Shown piece by piece: positions 11,885 to 22,465 of a DNA stretch of 64,000 nucleotides. The first letter of the stretch is position 1. Each line of letters opens with the position of its first letter. The position numbers and the translations under genes were made by a program. Source of the stretch: Eledone cirrhosa (taxonomy: Eukaryota); NCBI GenBank assembly GCA_964016885.1, contig OZ024740.1, positions 389,608,001-389,672,000 on the forward strand, written 5' to 3'. Below the pieces are notes generated by a model. That model ran no database searches. It was not told the DNA's origin and saw nothing but the letters and a program-made list of their open reading frames with translations.

Positions 11885-12020
11885 TGGGTACACAATACCC
11901 CTGTGTGACATAAAAGGTGTCTGTAAAGTTTGATATTAAGATGGGCATTCAGTTATAAATCACTGCCTCAAATGTTCCATCCAACTTATACCAGCATATA
12001 ATAATGATGATGATGATATT
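11885..12020 (+). mobile_element. Degenerate RTE/SINE 3' tail fragment
   Basis: GGGCATTCAG...TCCAAC..AT.CCAGCAT...(GAT)n tail, related to the RTE tail at 9165-9310. Confidence 0.45.
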
Positions 12021-12749
12021 AACAATATTTTTATAGCAAAAAGAAAATAGTTTTCTAAGTCCTAATATAGCAAATGCTATTTTTTATATCAGAGCTTCAT
12101 TTAGAATCTGTTGTTTATGATAACAAGAGAGAAAATACAAATTTTTTTTTTTTCATAAAATTTCCTTTTTATTTTAGTTTGGGACATGTACAATTCTTAC
12201 TGCATTTAATGCAAAATGAGGAAGGAGGCAGAATAGAGCTGCATATTATTGTTTAGCTTCCAAGTCAGTCCTGAATAAGCAGATATATGATAAAAATTAA
12301 GATTACATTATCCTATTTTTCCTTCCTTTTAAAGATGGTAGATGGAGTGTTGGCTGCTATTTCTAGCAGATCAAACGTCTATGTAGAGTTTACATTGTTA
12401 GCTTGAGTGCTGTCTTATGGAAAATGTTGTTTATTGTCTTGAATAAAGAATGTCATTAATGGCAAACATGACATTTCACTAAAAGATAAATATTTTTACT
12501 TAGGCCTGACACCTTCACTTTGGCTTGACACCTTCAAATTTGCAAATGAAGAGAAAGAAATTTTTTTGGTGCTCATTTATTTTCCAAAAGTGTTAGTGAT
12601 ATGAATAAAATGGTTTGAATTGGAAATTAATACTGAGTTTACATAAATCAGTTTCCTAAGAGTTAACTGCATCCTGATAAATATGCTCTTACGAAGTCTG
12701 ACATTTGACCGACCTTTGTTTTCTACTGGTCTAAATGACAGCCTCTACA

Positions 12750-14150
12750 CCAAAGGTTCCCAACCGTCTTTGCGTTATAGCTCACTTTCACATAAAAACA
12801 TTTCCCCCCACTCATCTGTACAGAAAATATTCAAAAGTATACCAAAAATGGTTGGTAAAAGTTTGTTACTGATTCGTAAACTGACTTTTTATGATGTAGC
12901 AACAAATACTAAAGGGACAAATAACACTGACCTACACAGCGGCTGATGCTCTGATAATATTGTATTAAAGAAAGCAAACTGGATCATTTAAAACAGTATT
13001 TTATTAAACTTAATAAAAGATATAATTTATTTTTATGGTTAGGGTTAGAGAATATATTTTGAAGCAATCAGAGATAGTGGACTGTTTTGGAAAAAAATTA
13101 TATCAAAAAGTTTGACAAAATAGACAACAGTTGCTTTCTGATAAACATTGGTACAAAGGCCTTACATAGTCATCATCATTATCAATATACAGTTGAAAGA
13201 AAATTTAAATAATTCTATTTTAGCTTGTTTAATAACTAACTGCAGTACATCACTAAGCCTGCTGTCGATATTTTTTGCCACTAAATGCTGCTGGTGTGGC
13301 ACACAGTGAACTGTTAAAACAGGATGTGACAAGTTAAAGAGAAACCTCTGTATCTACCTACCATAGCAGGCTCTCCATCAGATGTACGGGCAACAATATT
13401 GTTCAATGGAATGATATGCTCATTAAAAAATAGTTTCAATAAATCTAAAATAGTCAAGCCACAATTGATCAATGAAAAGCATCTCACAAGTTATATTGTT
13501 ACTCAGTCTGTTTTCAATAATCCACTAATACAAGAACACTAGATTGTTGCAATCACTTGATGATTAATACAATCCACAACTTCAAGTTGCTATTTGTTTA
13601 TATGATCATGCACAATGAGCTGTGAACAAGCCTCATCTAGGTATTCTCATATTTTGTTTGGCATTGTCATGCATGTTTTCTTGTCTACAACATGTCACAG
13701 TTCGTAGAGATCTTTGCCTGTGCAAATCTTATGTGTAATCTCTTGGTGCTGCATTGACAAGTTTATCTTGAGATCACTTCTTGATTTTACTGACAAAGTT
13801 GCTCTTGGTCTTCCTTTAGCTGATTTATATCCAGAAAAAAAAATATTATTTCGTCCTAAGAACTATTTGAATGTTAATGGCCCTTCTCAAAACTATAGAA
13901 AATACTTGTTTGTGGGGATGTTTATATCTTATCTAGGAATGTAGTCCTATTATTCCCATTTAGCTTCCTGTGTTGTTTTTTTTATACAGACCAAAGTTTT
14001 CAAACCACACATACTTCTGAATAACTATAATGTTTACACCTCATAGAGTCAAACCAGATCAAATAGGGTGACAGTGTTGTTCTGGAACAGCCTGAATTTC
14101 TAAATAAAGATGATAATTTGGGACTCAGATATTATGTTGGGGAGCTGAGT
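12750..14150 (-). mobile_element. Decayed hAT DNA transposon (Buster/Charlie/ZBED5-ZBED8 group) transposase relic
   Basis: Minus strand 13340-13440 reads FFNEHIIPLNNIVARTSDGEPAMVGRYRGF (DG.PAM.G motif). 13270-13310 reads VHCVPHQQHLVAKN (CxxH motif). Possible TIR CAAAGGTTCCCAAC at ~12750. The element ends are uncertain. Confidence 0.75.
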
Positions 14151-14187
14151 GATGTGCAGCAATATAGCCATTGTGAAGCCTATTTAA

Positions 14188-14354
14188 CCCATTTTCATTA
14201 CTCTATATTTACTATTGTATTTTCACATAGTTATCTCACATAATATCGAATGTGAGAACAAAACTTTAATGATGGATGAGCAGCCAGTTAGTGCTGGATG
14301 GTTTGAACAGAAAGAGAATTCTGGCCAGATATGGCTGGTTTAAATGTTAAAGGG
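14188..14354. mobile_element. Short piggyBac-type MITE
   Basis: TTAA|CCCATT ... AAAGGG|TTAA, i.e. TTAA on both flanks with CCC/GGG termini. Confidence 0.5.
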
Positions 14355-14892
14355 TTAATTAAACCCTGATGGGAGCCAGGTGACCAAACTTCTTAAGGCA
14401 TTTGGAAATTTCGTAGGAAAATGCTACTAACTAGTTTTCGTGAAGGATTGAAATGGTATCCTAGGTGTCCATACAGGGGCAAACAATCTGGCATATAGCA
14501 ATAAAGCTCAGAGTATCCTGTCCCAGCAATTTGCCTCCTTGCACAATCATCGATTTAATTGTGTAATGGCCATATCAACTATTTTTTTCTTTTGGTATGG
14601 CGTTATTTTAATTTAACATCATCCTACCTTTGGGATATATGTAGTGAGTGAAGTTTCTCATGTATATGATGTTACTTGTGTTCTTGTTTGAATTGTTTGT
14701 TGGTTCATTGTGGTGTGACAGTAATATTTGTAGTAGTAAAGCTTAGCTTGATACGTCTATGTGAAAGTTGATCTGTCCCATATAAAGTGCTTTTTGAAAT
14801 GCCATAATGAATGAACAATAAACAAGCCTGCTACTTTAATAATTTTATTACATAACACCTTGATACAAAGTTATTGTGATAATACAGGAAAA

Positions 14893-15008
14893 CAAAGATA
14901 TTCACAGTTGCATTATGTGCTGTGTGTGAGTATGTGAATAGTCCGACAAGAAGATATTCACAGTTGAATTGTGTAATGTGTATGAACGTGTGCATAGTCT
15001 GAAAAGAT
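14893..15008. repeat. Diverged ~57-bp tandem duplication
   Basis: AAGATATTCACAGTTG.ATT.TGT..TGTGT.TGA...TGTG.ATAGTC.GA.AAG occurs twice. Confidence 0.7.
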
Positions 15009-15894
15009 GCACAGGACTAACCTTTGTTAAAGTCAAATGGGAGTATAGCAGCTTCGGCTCGCTGGCCTAGAGGGCTGGAGTGAGTGTCTGATTGATGACT
15101 ACATTGTTCTGTTTTTACTGGATCAAACTGATGTGTTGTTTCTACCGCAACAGACAAGAGCAAAATGAATTTGATGAAACCACAATTTTCTCCCAATTAT
15201 TTCAGATGACCTCCAGTTGGCCATTTTCTCCCAAACAAAGGAACTGAATATCTATGTGACCAAAAGGTCAGCATGTGTGGTCAGGCTGACTTATTTGACC
15301 AACCTGGGAACAAAAGTTCAAATCAGACTGATTGCATTTACTACATATATACTTTTTCCATTTTAAAATACAAACTAAGTTACAAATGACTGTCTGGTAG
15401 AAATATACATAATCAAAGAAAAATATCAAAGTAAACCTTTTCCAACCCAACAAAAATGGAGAGGTAGTTAAATAATAAAAATCCCTCTTATCTGCAGTCT
15501 AAAATTATTGTTTATGATTGAAGAAAGCAATGTTTTCATTGGTTAACAGATTGTTGTTGTTTTTGATAAAGTTTGTAGAGCTTACTGTGATGACCTTCAT
15601 GTCAAGTCATGTCATGTAGTTTAGTTTCCTGTTGAGGTTATTGCTCCATCCCCACTCTCTCCTTTCTATCTTTCACAAATTTGATTATTTGTCATTACAC
15701 CAGAGATCAACTGGTCTAAGTAGCTATAGCCACATGACTATAAAAACATTATCACCGACAGCAATGTTGATTTCAGTGGTATATTCTTTTAAATATGTTA
15801 ATTTTTCACTGCATAGTGGTATACAATATTGTACACCTACTTGTTCAAATCCATTTGGAGTCACAGGGGCATCACAATCAGCATTTTAACAATT

Positions 15895-16010
15895 CCGCCA
15901 GTCACTGCCCTGGACAGGTACTTTATATTTATCAACCCCAAATTGATGAAAGGCAAACTTAACTTTAGTGGGATTTGACCTCAGAGCACTAAAAGCCATA
16001 ACAAATACTG
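15895..16010 (-). mobile_element. tRNA-derived SINE, degenerate
   Basis: Reverse complement of the SINE central domain (TTTTATCAACCCC...GATGAAAGGCAAA.TTAAC...GGGATTTGA). Confidence 0.7.
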
Positions 16011-16076
16011 CACTGAGAAAAATATGTACAAATTCAGTTTTTTAATTCTTTCTTTTCCCTTTAATCCTACCTTAAA

Positions 16077-16271
16077 CAGACCTGCCAACCTCTAAAAATC
16101 CAAACGGGAAGTACCATGAAAAAAGGTACCCCAAAACGGGGATAAATGAGGTAAAATGGGGAGATTTTACATAATGAAAGCTATACCCATTTTCACAAGA
16201 GAAGACATCTCTCACCCACCCCAAAGTGGGTGGGAGATCTCCCCATTGGACGAGGAGAGTTGACAGGTCTG
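16077..16271. mobile_element. hAT-type MITE (~195 bp)
   Basis: TIRs CAGACCTGCCAAC / GTTGACAGGTCTG; imperfect 8-bp flanks ACCTTAAA / CCTTTAAA. Confidence 0.7.
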
Positions 16272-16612
16272 CCTTTAAACCCTAAAACTAAACTCAAACC
16301 CTAATTTCTACATCTGTGGTGAAATTGAGGTTCTCTGCGTTCATACCAGAGTGGATTAAATTATGGAACTAGTATATCAACAAAGTGGTTTTAGATTTGT
16401 TCAGCTGTCTTCTACTGTATCCCAGTATAGGTGTACAATGGACATATTTACACCGACTAGAAAGAGCAGAAAAGGACCTGGTGTTTCGGGTTAAACCTTT
16501 TATTGAAGTAGTGTAAAGGAAGAAAGGAATAAGGATGAAATAAGAAGTGTTAGAATAATGCCAAGTTGGAGAACAGCTGTGTTTCAGATAGTTACATCAT
16601 GTTGAATATATA

Positions 16613-16658
<46 letters not shown>

Positions 16659-16660
<2 letters not shown>

Positions 16661-16740
16661 ATATATTAATAAATGGAATCTATATTTATAAAACCATAAT
16701 TATGGTTTTATAAATATAGTTTCCATTTATTAATATATTG
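16659..16740. repeat. ~80-bp AT-rich near-perfect palindrome next to (TA)n
   Basis: CAATATATTAATAAATGGAA.CTATATTTATAAAACCATAATTATGGTTTTATAAATATAG.TTCCATTTATTAATATATTG. Confidence 0.9.
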
Positions 16741-16889
16741 AATATTTACTCCAGAAAATCTGTTGAGTGCTTTATATCAGTTATAAAACTTTTAAGGTTG
16801 TTGAATCCCAACAAATTAAATATAACTTTTTGCATGTATGTATATATATATATATATATATATTTTCTGTTTTAATCAAAACATAATTG

Positions 16890-17430
16890 TTTTGTCTGTC
16901 GAATGAGCTAGATGTTTCTGCAAGAACCATCTAGTTTCTCGAAACCTTCGGTAATGAAATAATTATATTGTGTTGTTTATTATGTAACTAAATAGCTCTG
17001 TACTATATATACATGGAGCACTCTTCTTTCCTTTACCTTTTCTACAGAAATACTTAACACACACACACGCACACACACACAGGGTGATACCCTCCAAATG
17101 TATACATACTTTGATTACCTGTACAGGCAAGATTTATTAGAATGCTGTTGAAGTGTGTATACATATTTTTGGGATACCCTGTATATATACATAGGACTAC
17201 GTTTGGTGCACACACACACGCACACATATATGTAAAGTATTTCTGAAGAAAAAGCAAAGGAAAAAAAGAGTGTTCTATGTATAGAACAGAGCTAATTTAA
17301 TTAGAAAGTGAACAACACAATATATTACTGTCTGGTGAACAAACTAGACATATGTTAATATTGTCTAGGGTCCTGAAACCTTTGGTAATGGAGTAGTTAT
17401 ATATTGTGTTGTTCACTTTCTAATTATATA
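16890..17430 (+). mobile_element. Two copies of a Penelope-like terminal-repeat element with degenerate hammerhead motifs and inverted-repeat arms
   Basis: Core motifs CTGTCGA...stem...GAAAC (16896-16945) and CTGGTGA...stem...GAAAC (17332-17379). A perfect 26-bp inverted repeat at 17299-17324/17400-17425 encloses the second. 16964-17055 is the reverse complement of ~17234-17324. Confidence 0.55.
17080..17181. mobile_element. Tc1/mariner-type MITE (~100 bp), copy 1
   Basis: TIRs CAGGGTG..ACCC..CAAATGTATACA / TGTATACATATTTTTGGGATACCCTG followed by TA; homologous to 19070-19167 in the opposite orientation. Confidence 0.8.
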
Positions 17431-17814
17431 TATATATATATATATGCACCAGACGCAGTCCTATGTATGTATTAGTTACAAGGTTTTACTTAGTATTGCG
17501 TGATGAAAATGAGCGAGGCCATACTTTTGGAATACTTTGCTATGAAATGTTTTTGAATAAAGCGTATTGATTTTCTTGCTTAATCCTCTTTTACAAAGCA
17601 TGTTTAAAGAGATTATTGTTTGAAAAGAAAATGTCCATTGAACACCAAAAACAAAGATATGATCCGAACAATTTCATTTCTAGTTTTATGAGCACAATAG
17701 AACCAGCTTGTTTATCTTTATTGTTGGCTACTAGGATGATGGCGGAGCAAAATTAATGACAGAAGTTTACATTTTTTTTTTTTTCTGTTGCTGTCCATCA
17801 TTATCATTGCAGTT

Positions 17815-17930
17815 GTCAAAGTCTTTACCACCACCAGCATCACACCACTACCACCACCACCACCACAAGCACAACCAGCACCAACAACAACAATAATAAT
17901 AACACAACAACCATCACCACCACCAAATTG
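17815..17930. repeat. (CAC/CAA)n trinucleotide microsatellite
   Basis: Directly visible. Confidence 0.9.
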
Positions 17931-17934
17931 GAGA

Positions 17935-18920
17935 CGTTGAGGGACATCCTGCGCGAACTTGAACATGGGAGATTCGTGTCAGATTATGCCGACGACGACA
18001 CCGTAGAGTCAAGCACCAAACACACTGAGGTGACCAGCATTGCTCTGAAGGAATAAGAAGTACCGACAAGAGCAATTATTAACCAGAAAACTCAGTGGAC
18101 TTGCAGCTCAGCCCCTGCAGAGACAGGTCTATGACGTCCAACAGCGTCGTTGGGCGCCTGACAAATTGACCGGTTAAATTGCTTGAAGTCTGGTTCGGTC
18201 CGGACCTTCAGATGGACAAAAAATGGGATGAAGTGATGAACAGAGTATCCAATTTCACCCAGAAAAGGGCTGAGAGGAAGCTATCCCTAAAAACTTTGGC
18301 AGCGGTGGTGAACGCGTATATGGTGTTTGTGACCTACTGCTCTTTCGCTTCTTGTAGAAAAGATGCGTTCCGATGGTCTAACTGTCAGCACTCGCTGCGT
18401 GGAGGACTGGGAATGATGTGGCTTGACGGTGTTCACTCCTGGGTCAAGTGGAGACCGAGAGGGAGCGTTTGGAAACTGGAATGTTTTCAAGTGCTCATAG
18501 CCCTCTGCCAATCGGACAGTACAATCTGTGGAAATTCCACCTTGACGTTCTATAGAGGGTTAGTGGCGGATAAAAGCGACAACGTTCTGAGGGAAACTCT
18601 AGGCATCGACAAAAATCAACTAGCTACTTTTTTCGGGAAGACTTTCGGTCCAATGCCCATGGATAATCTCCAGAAAGCCCTAACCTGGCAGTGCTACTGA
18701 GGAGCTTTGCCAGTTCGCGATAAACTCTATAGGCGTAGAAGTGTCGTCAGCCGAGCCTGTCCGCGATGCGTGCAGGGCAACAAAACCTTCCTGCACGCAC
18801 TCGACCAGTGTCCGAATATTGCTCACTTCAGGTATAGGACGGATCCGGCTATCAGCTGAGTCCTTGACAGAGTCTATTACAAAGCGAAGACCTCAGCAAC
18901 ATGGACATACTAGCACCTTC
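17935..18920 (+). mobile_element. Decayed L1/Tx1-clade non-LTR retrotransposon ORF2 fragment (RT C-terminal part plus zf-RVT knuckle)
   Basis: YADD (TATGCCGACGAC ~17985); ERKLSLK, RGGLGM, ALTWQCY*GALPVRDKLY and CPRC...LHALDQCP motifs, with stops and frameshifts. Confidence 0.85.
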
Positions 18921-19069
18921 TGAAAGTTTATTACAGATTTTACCACACAGCTGGTTGCCTGTGTGTTTGTATATGTGTGTGTGTGTATGTATGTATATGT
19001 GTGTGTGTGTGTGTGGACGACATAATGGAAAAGAAATTGGCTTCACAATTATGTCTGCCGGATTATATA

Positions 19070-19167
19070 CAGAGTGTCCCAAAAAATGTATACACACTTC
19101 AACAGCATTCTAATAAATATTGCCTGTACAGGGAATCAAAGTGTGAATACATTTTGGGGACACACTG
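19070..19167. mobile_element. Tc1/mariner-type MITE (~100 bp), copy 2
   Basis: TA|CAGAGTGTCCC.AAAAATGTAT ... ATACATTTTGGGGACACACTG|TA, giving TIRs and a TA target-site duplication. Confidence 0.85.
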
Positions 19168-19189
19168 TATAAATGTTTAGAAGTATATA

Positions 19190-19262
19190 AAATAATTGTT
19201 TCTACTTTTGGCACAAGGCCAGCTATTACCCAGTGCATTACTGGTACTTTATTTTATCGATA
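19190..19262 (-). mobile_element. SINE 3' fragment (internally deleted variant)
   Basis: Reverse complement matches 11307-11375, including the CTGGG|TAAT junction. Confidence 0.8.
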
Positions 19263-19295
19263 AAATAATGATGATATTTGTGATATGTATATGTG

Positions 19296-19937
19296 TATTT
19301 GTATCAACTGAGGTCACCAATTCAGCAGACATCTAATAGTCACCAGTTTAGCTGTTAAAATAATATTATGCCATGTAATATCAATATCAACGACAATAAG
19401 TAGTTTGTTCTAACAGGAAAGGTATGGTTTATTATATCAATAATTGTAAGTTGAATTGAGGTTCGGCTGTAAGTCCCAGGTTCTGTTGCTGCAGTGAATA
19501 TGACTCTGGAAAGGATCTTTCCATATCACATTTAAAGACAATGGCTGTGGTAAATAGCATCACAAGAATTTACAACGTTTTTATGTAATTTATTTACAAA
19601 GGTTGAGCTGGATTAAGCTAGCATGCCAAAACAAATGAAACAAACGAATTAAGATTTTAGAAGGCACAATCTACTGGCTGAGGTGTTGGCCAGGCCCATG
19701 GTTACATTGTTGTGTTACATATTGGCTAGTGATTTCACAGCGAAAGAAAAATGGTTTTTACCTTTCCACGGTCAAAGCTGCAAGAGATTGAATTTATTGA
19801 AAGTCGCGGGAAAGTCTCAGTTTGGGCGGCAGTTGAAACTACATATCCGTGCGTGGCTCACGATTGGCCTGACTTAGCCAAATCACGCATGGATAGCCTA
19901 TCAATGCGCCAAAGGAAAGTAGCTTTCTACAAATGCA
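19296..19937 (-). promoter_or_regulatory. Left arm of an inverted duplication; candidate promoter plus non-coding first exon reading leftward
   Basis: Reverse complement of 21405-22071. CpG-rich inner end has a CCAAT box (GATTGG on + at ~19862), an E2F-like GCGGGAAA (~19806) and a GGCGG box. Minus-strand donor AAG|GTAAAA at 19762/19761. Confidence 0.55.
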
Positions 19938-20599
19938 TAGGAGAGGCATAGGCTCCATTAAGTTTAAATGCCCATATCACCCTATATAACACTGCAGTGC
20001 CCCAACGACTTAATCAAGGAATACACATATGCCCCCCCCCCCCCCACATTTGTGAGCGTGAGAATGTGTGCTAGTGTCTACACGATAAACCAGATTTACG
20101 TCCTAGCAATGTCCATCAGCTTAAAAAACAACAAAAAGAAGAAATATTGCATCTAGGTTACGCTATTCAATGTTTAAGATGGTAGAGTGTGAATTGAAAG
20201 AGATGTTGCTGTTATTTCTAGAAGCCTGAGCGACCAGAAACAGGCTCTCTAGTTGGCTTTTTCTAAATTAATGTTGACGCACCATGTAGTTACTATGGTA
20301 ATAATCTCACCTGTATTAAGTTTATATTGAAGATTTTTAATTTGATTAATAATGTCAGCAGATTTTTCACATTTGCAAATAGTTCTCATGGTAACCATTG
20401 CAAAAAGTGGAAATCAATCTCAATTTAAGGCACACACGCACACACACACACACACACTCTCTCTCACATACATATATATGTATGTGAGTAAGTGTGTGCA
20501 TGTGTGAGTATGTGTGCGTGCGTGATTATGTGTATGCGTGTGAATGCGCGCGTAGTTAGCTGCGAAGTCAGTAAAGTTGTTTCGGTTAGCTGATGGTTT

Positions 20600-20775
20600 T
20601 AATAACTGTTTCTACTATTGGCACAAGGCCAGCAATTATTTCCGTGCATTACTGGTACTTCATTTTATCGACCCCGTAGGGATGAAAGGCAAAGTTAACC
20701 TCGGCGGGATTTGAACCCAGACCGTAAAGGGACGTAACTCTATGCTGCAAAGCATGGCGTCCCATTCTCTACTGA
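20600..20775 (-). mobile_element. tRNA-derived SINE, internally deleted variant
   Basis: Reverse complement nearly identical to 11218-11380, with B box GGGTTCAAATCC. Confidence 0.85.
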
Positions 20776-21044
20776 TACTGTCATCCACTGCCCTTGATTG
20801 TATTAATAATGAAAGTGAGATATTTAAAATAATGTTGATCATATTTGCTAGGTGGTAAGGAACTCGCTGGATATAATTGATAGTCTAGTTGGGATAATGT
20901 AGTGAGTTGTTTAAATTGAGGGTAACATAAAAGAAATTCGTTACTGAAAATTTGTAGCCTATGCTTATCTTAAGACTATATTGATTGTAAAAAATTAAAA
21001 AAATGTAAATTCTTCTTCATTCTATCTGTTTGTTGGGGATTAGT

Positions 21045-21258
21045 GTTGGTCAACATTCGTCGGACAATATGCTTTATGGCATAGGGTTAAAATGAAGTAC
21101 CCTTTACGATCTGAGTTCAAATCCTGTCGAGGTTAGCTTTGACTTTCATCCTTACGGGGTCAATAAAATAAAGTATCAGTAATGCGCTGGGGTCAATTTA
21201 ATCCACTTTCCCATCCCCCCAAATTGTTGGTCTTGTGCTTAAATCAGAAACCATTATT
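21045..21258 (+). mobile_element. tRNA-derived SINE
   Basis: B box GAGTTCAAATCC plus central and 3' domains as at 11408-11630. Confidence 0.85.
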
Positions 21259-21404
21259 AAGCTATCATCTCAATAACCCCCCCCCCCCCATACCTGGCGG
21301 TGATTATTTTCTTTTTTCTTTAAGTTAGATAATATTAATGCATGTATGGTCCCGTAACTCTCGGGTGTATCGTAGGACCACCATATTGACACACATCGTT
21401 TCTA

Positions 21405-22071
21405 GGGCATGTAGCAAGCTACTTTCCTTTGGCGCATTGATAGGCTACCCGTGCGTGATTTGGCTAAGTCAGGCCAATCGTGAGCCGCGCACGGATATGT
21501 ATTTTCAACTTCCGTCCAAACTGAGATTTTCCCGTTACTTTCAATAAACTCGATCTCTTGTTCCTTCAATTGTGGAAAGGTAAACAACTATTTTCCTTTT
21601 GCCGTGAAACCACTAGCCAATATATAACACCACAGCATAACTGCGGCCCTGGCCAACACCGCAGCCAGTGGACCGTGTCTTCTGAAATCTTAATTTGTTT
21701 GTTTCATTTGTTTTGGCATGCCAGCTCTACTCAGCTCAATCTCTGTAATCGGTTTATAAATAAATTATGTAAAATCGTTGTAAAGTCTTGTGATGCTATT
21801 TATCACAGCCATAGCCTTTAAATGTGATATGGAAAGATTCTTTCCAGAGTTATTATCACTGCAGCAACAGAACCTGAGACTTACAGCCGAACCTCAATTC
21901 AACTTACATTTATTGATGTAACCAAACCATACCTTTCATACTACAACAAAACACATCATTATTATTATTATTGTCGTTGATATTATTATTACATGGCATA
22001 ATATTATTTAACATCTAAACTGGTGACTATTAATTAAACTGCTATATTGGTGACCCCTGTTGATACAAATA
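21405..22071 (+). promoter_or_regulatory. Right arm of the inverted duplication; candidate promoter plus non-coding first exon reading rightward
   Basis: GGCCAATCG CCAAT box (~21472), TTTTCCCG E2F-like site and donor AAG|GTAAAC at 21579/21580; collinear reverse complement of 19296-19937. Confidence 0.55.
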
Positions 22072-22214
22072 ATACGAATACCAAAAACAATATTAGGCAT
22101 TCTAGACTTGGTGGAGCCTATTTCTCTCCAAGTCTGAATACAACAGATTTCTTCCAGAGAAGGATAAGCAGAGTGAGAGAATGGAAATGAGAAAGCGATA
22201 TAGAGGAAGAATCG

Positions 22215-22352
22215 ACGCCAGTACTTTTTTTTATCGACCTCGAATGGATGAAAGGCAAAGTTGACCTTGGCGGGATTTGAACTTAGAGAGCCGAAATGAA
22301 TATCGTAACGCATTCAATCCGACGTTCTAACGACTCTGTCAATTCGCCGGCT
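22215..22352 (-). mobile_element. tRNA-derived SINE 5' part (different subvariant)
   Basis: Minus strand: GGCGAATTGACAGAGTCGTTAGAACGTCGG...AAGTTCAAATCCCGCC.AGGTCAACTTTGCCTTTCATCC. Confidence 0.8.
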
Positions 22353-22465
22353 AGATGATATTAATAATCTCACCGAATCACTAATCCCAATGGAATTATA
22401 TACCCACATTAAAGAACACACTCAATGAATTTTAAATTGAATTTGCATTATCGTATAGCAAAATC

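Noticed and set aside
15040-15135. U3/box C/D snoRNA-like motif (hairpin, then ATTGATGA ... CTGA)
   Set aside because: The C-to-D distance is only ~40 nt, with no terminal stem, no U3 5' domain or box B match, and no recognisable rRNA guide.
15206-15266. Possible small + strand exon (TTTCAG|ATGACC...AAAAG|GTCAGC)
   Set aside because: No recognisable protein motif and no partner exons; such splice-like sites arise by chance in AT-rich DNA.
18179-18700. 173-aa ORF as a host gene
   Set aside because: It is part of a decayed L1/Tx1 ORF2 with flanking YADD and zinc-knuckle motifs.
19296-22071. Long-TIR DNA transposon (Mutator/Polinton/foldback)
   Set aside because: No TSD at the outer ends, no transposase between the arms, and ragged AT-rich termini. 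Kept as an inverted duplication, though a TE origin is not fully excluded.
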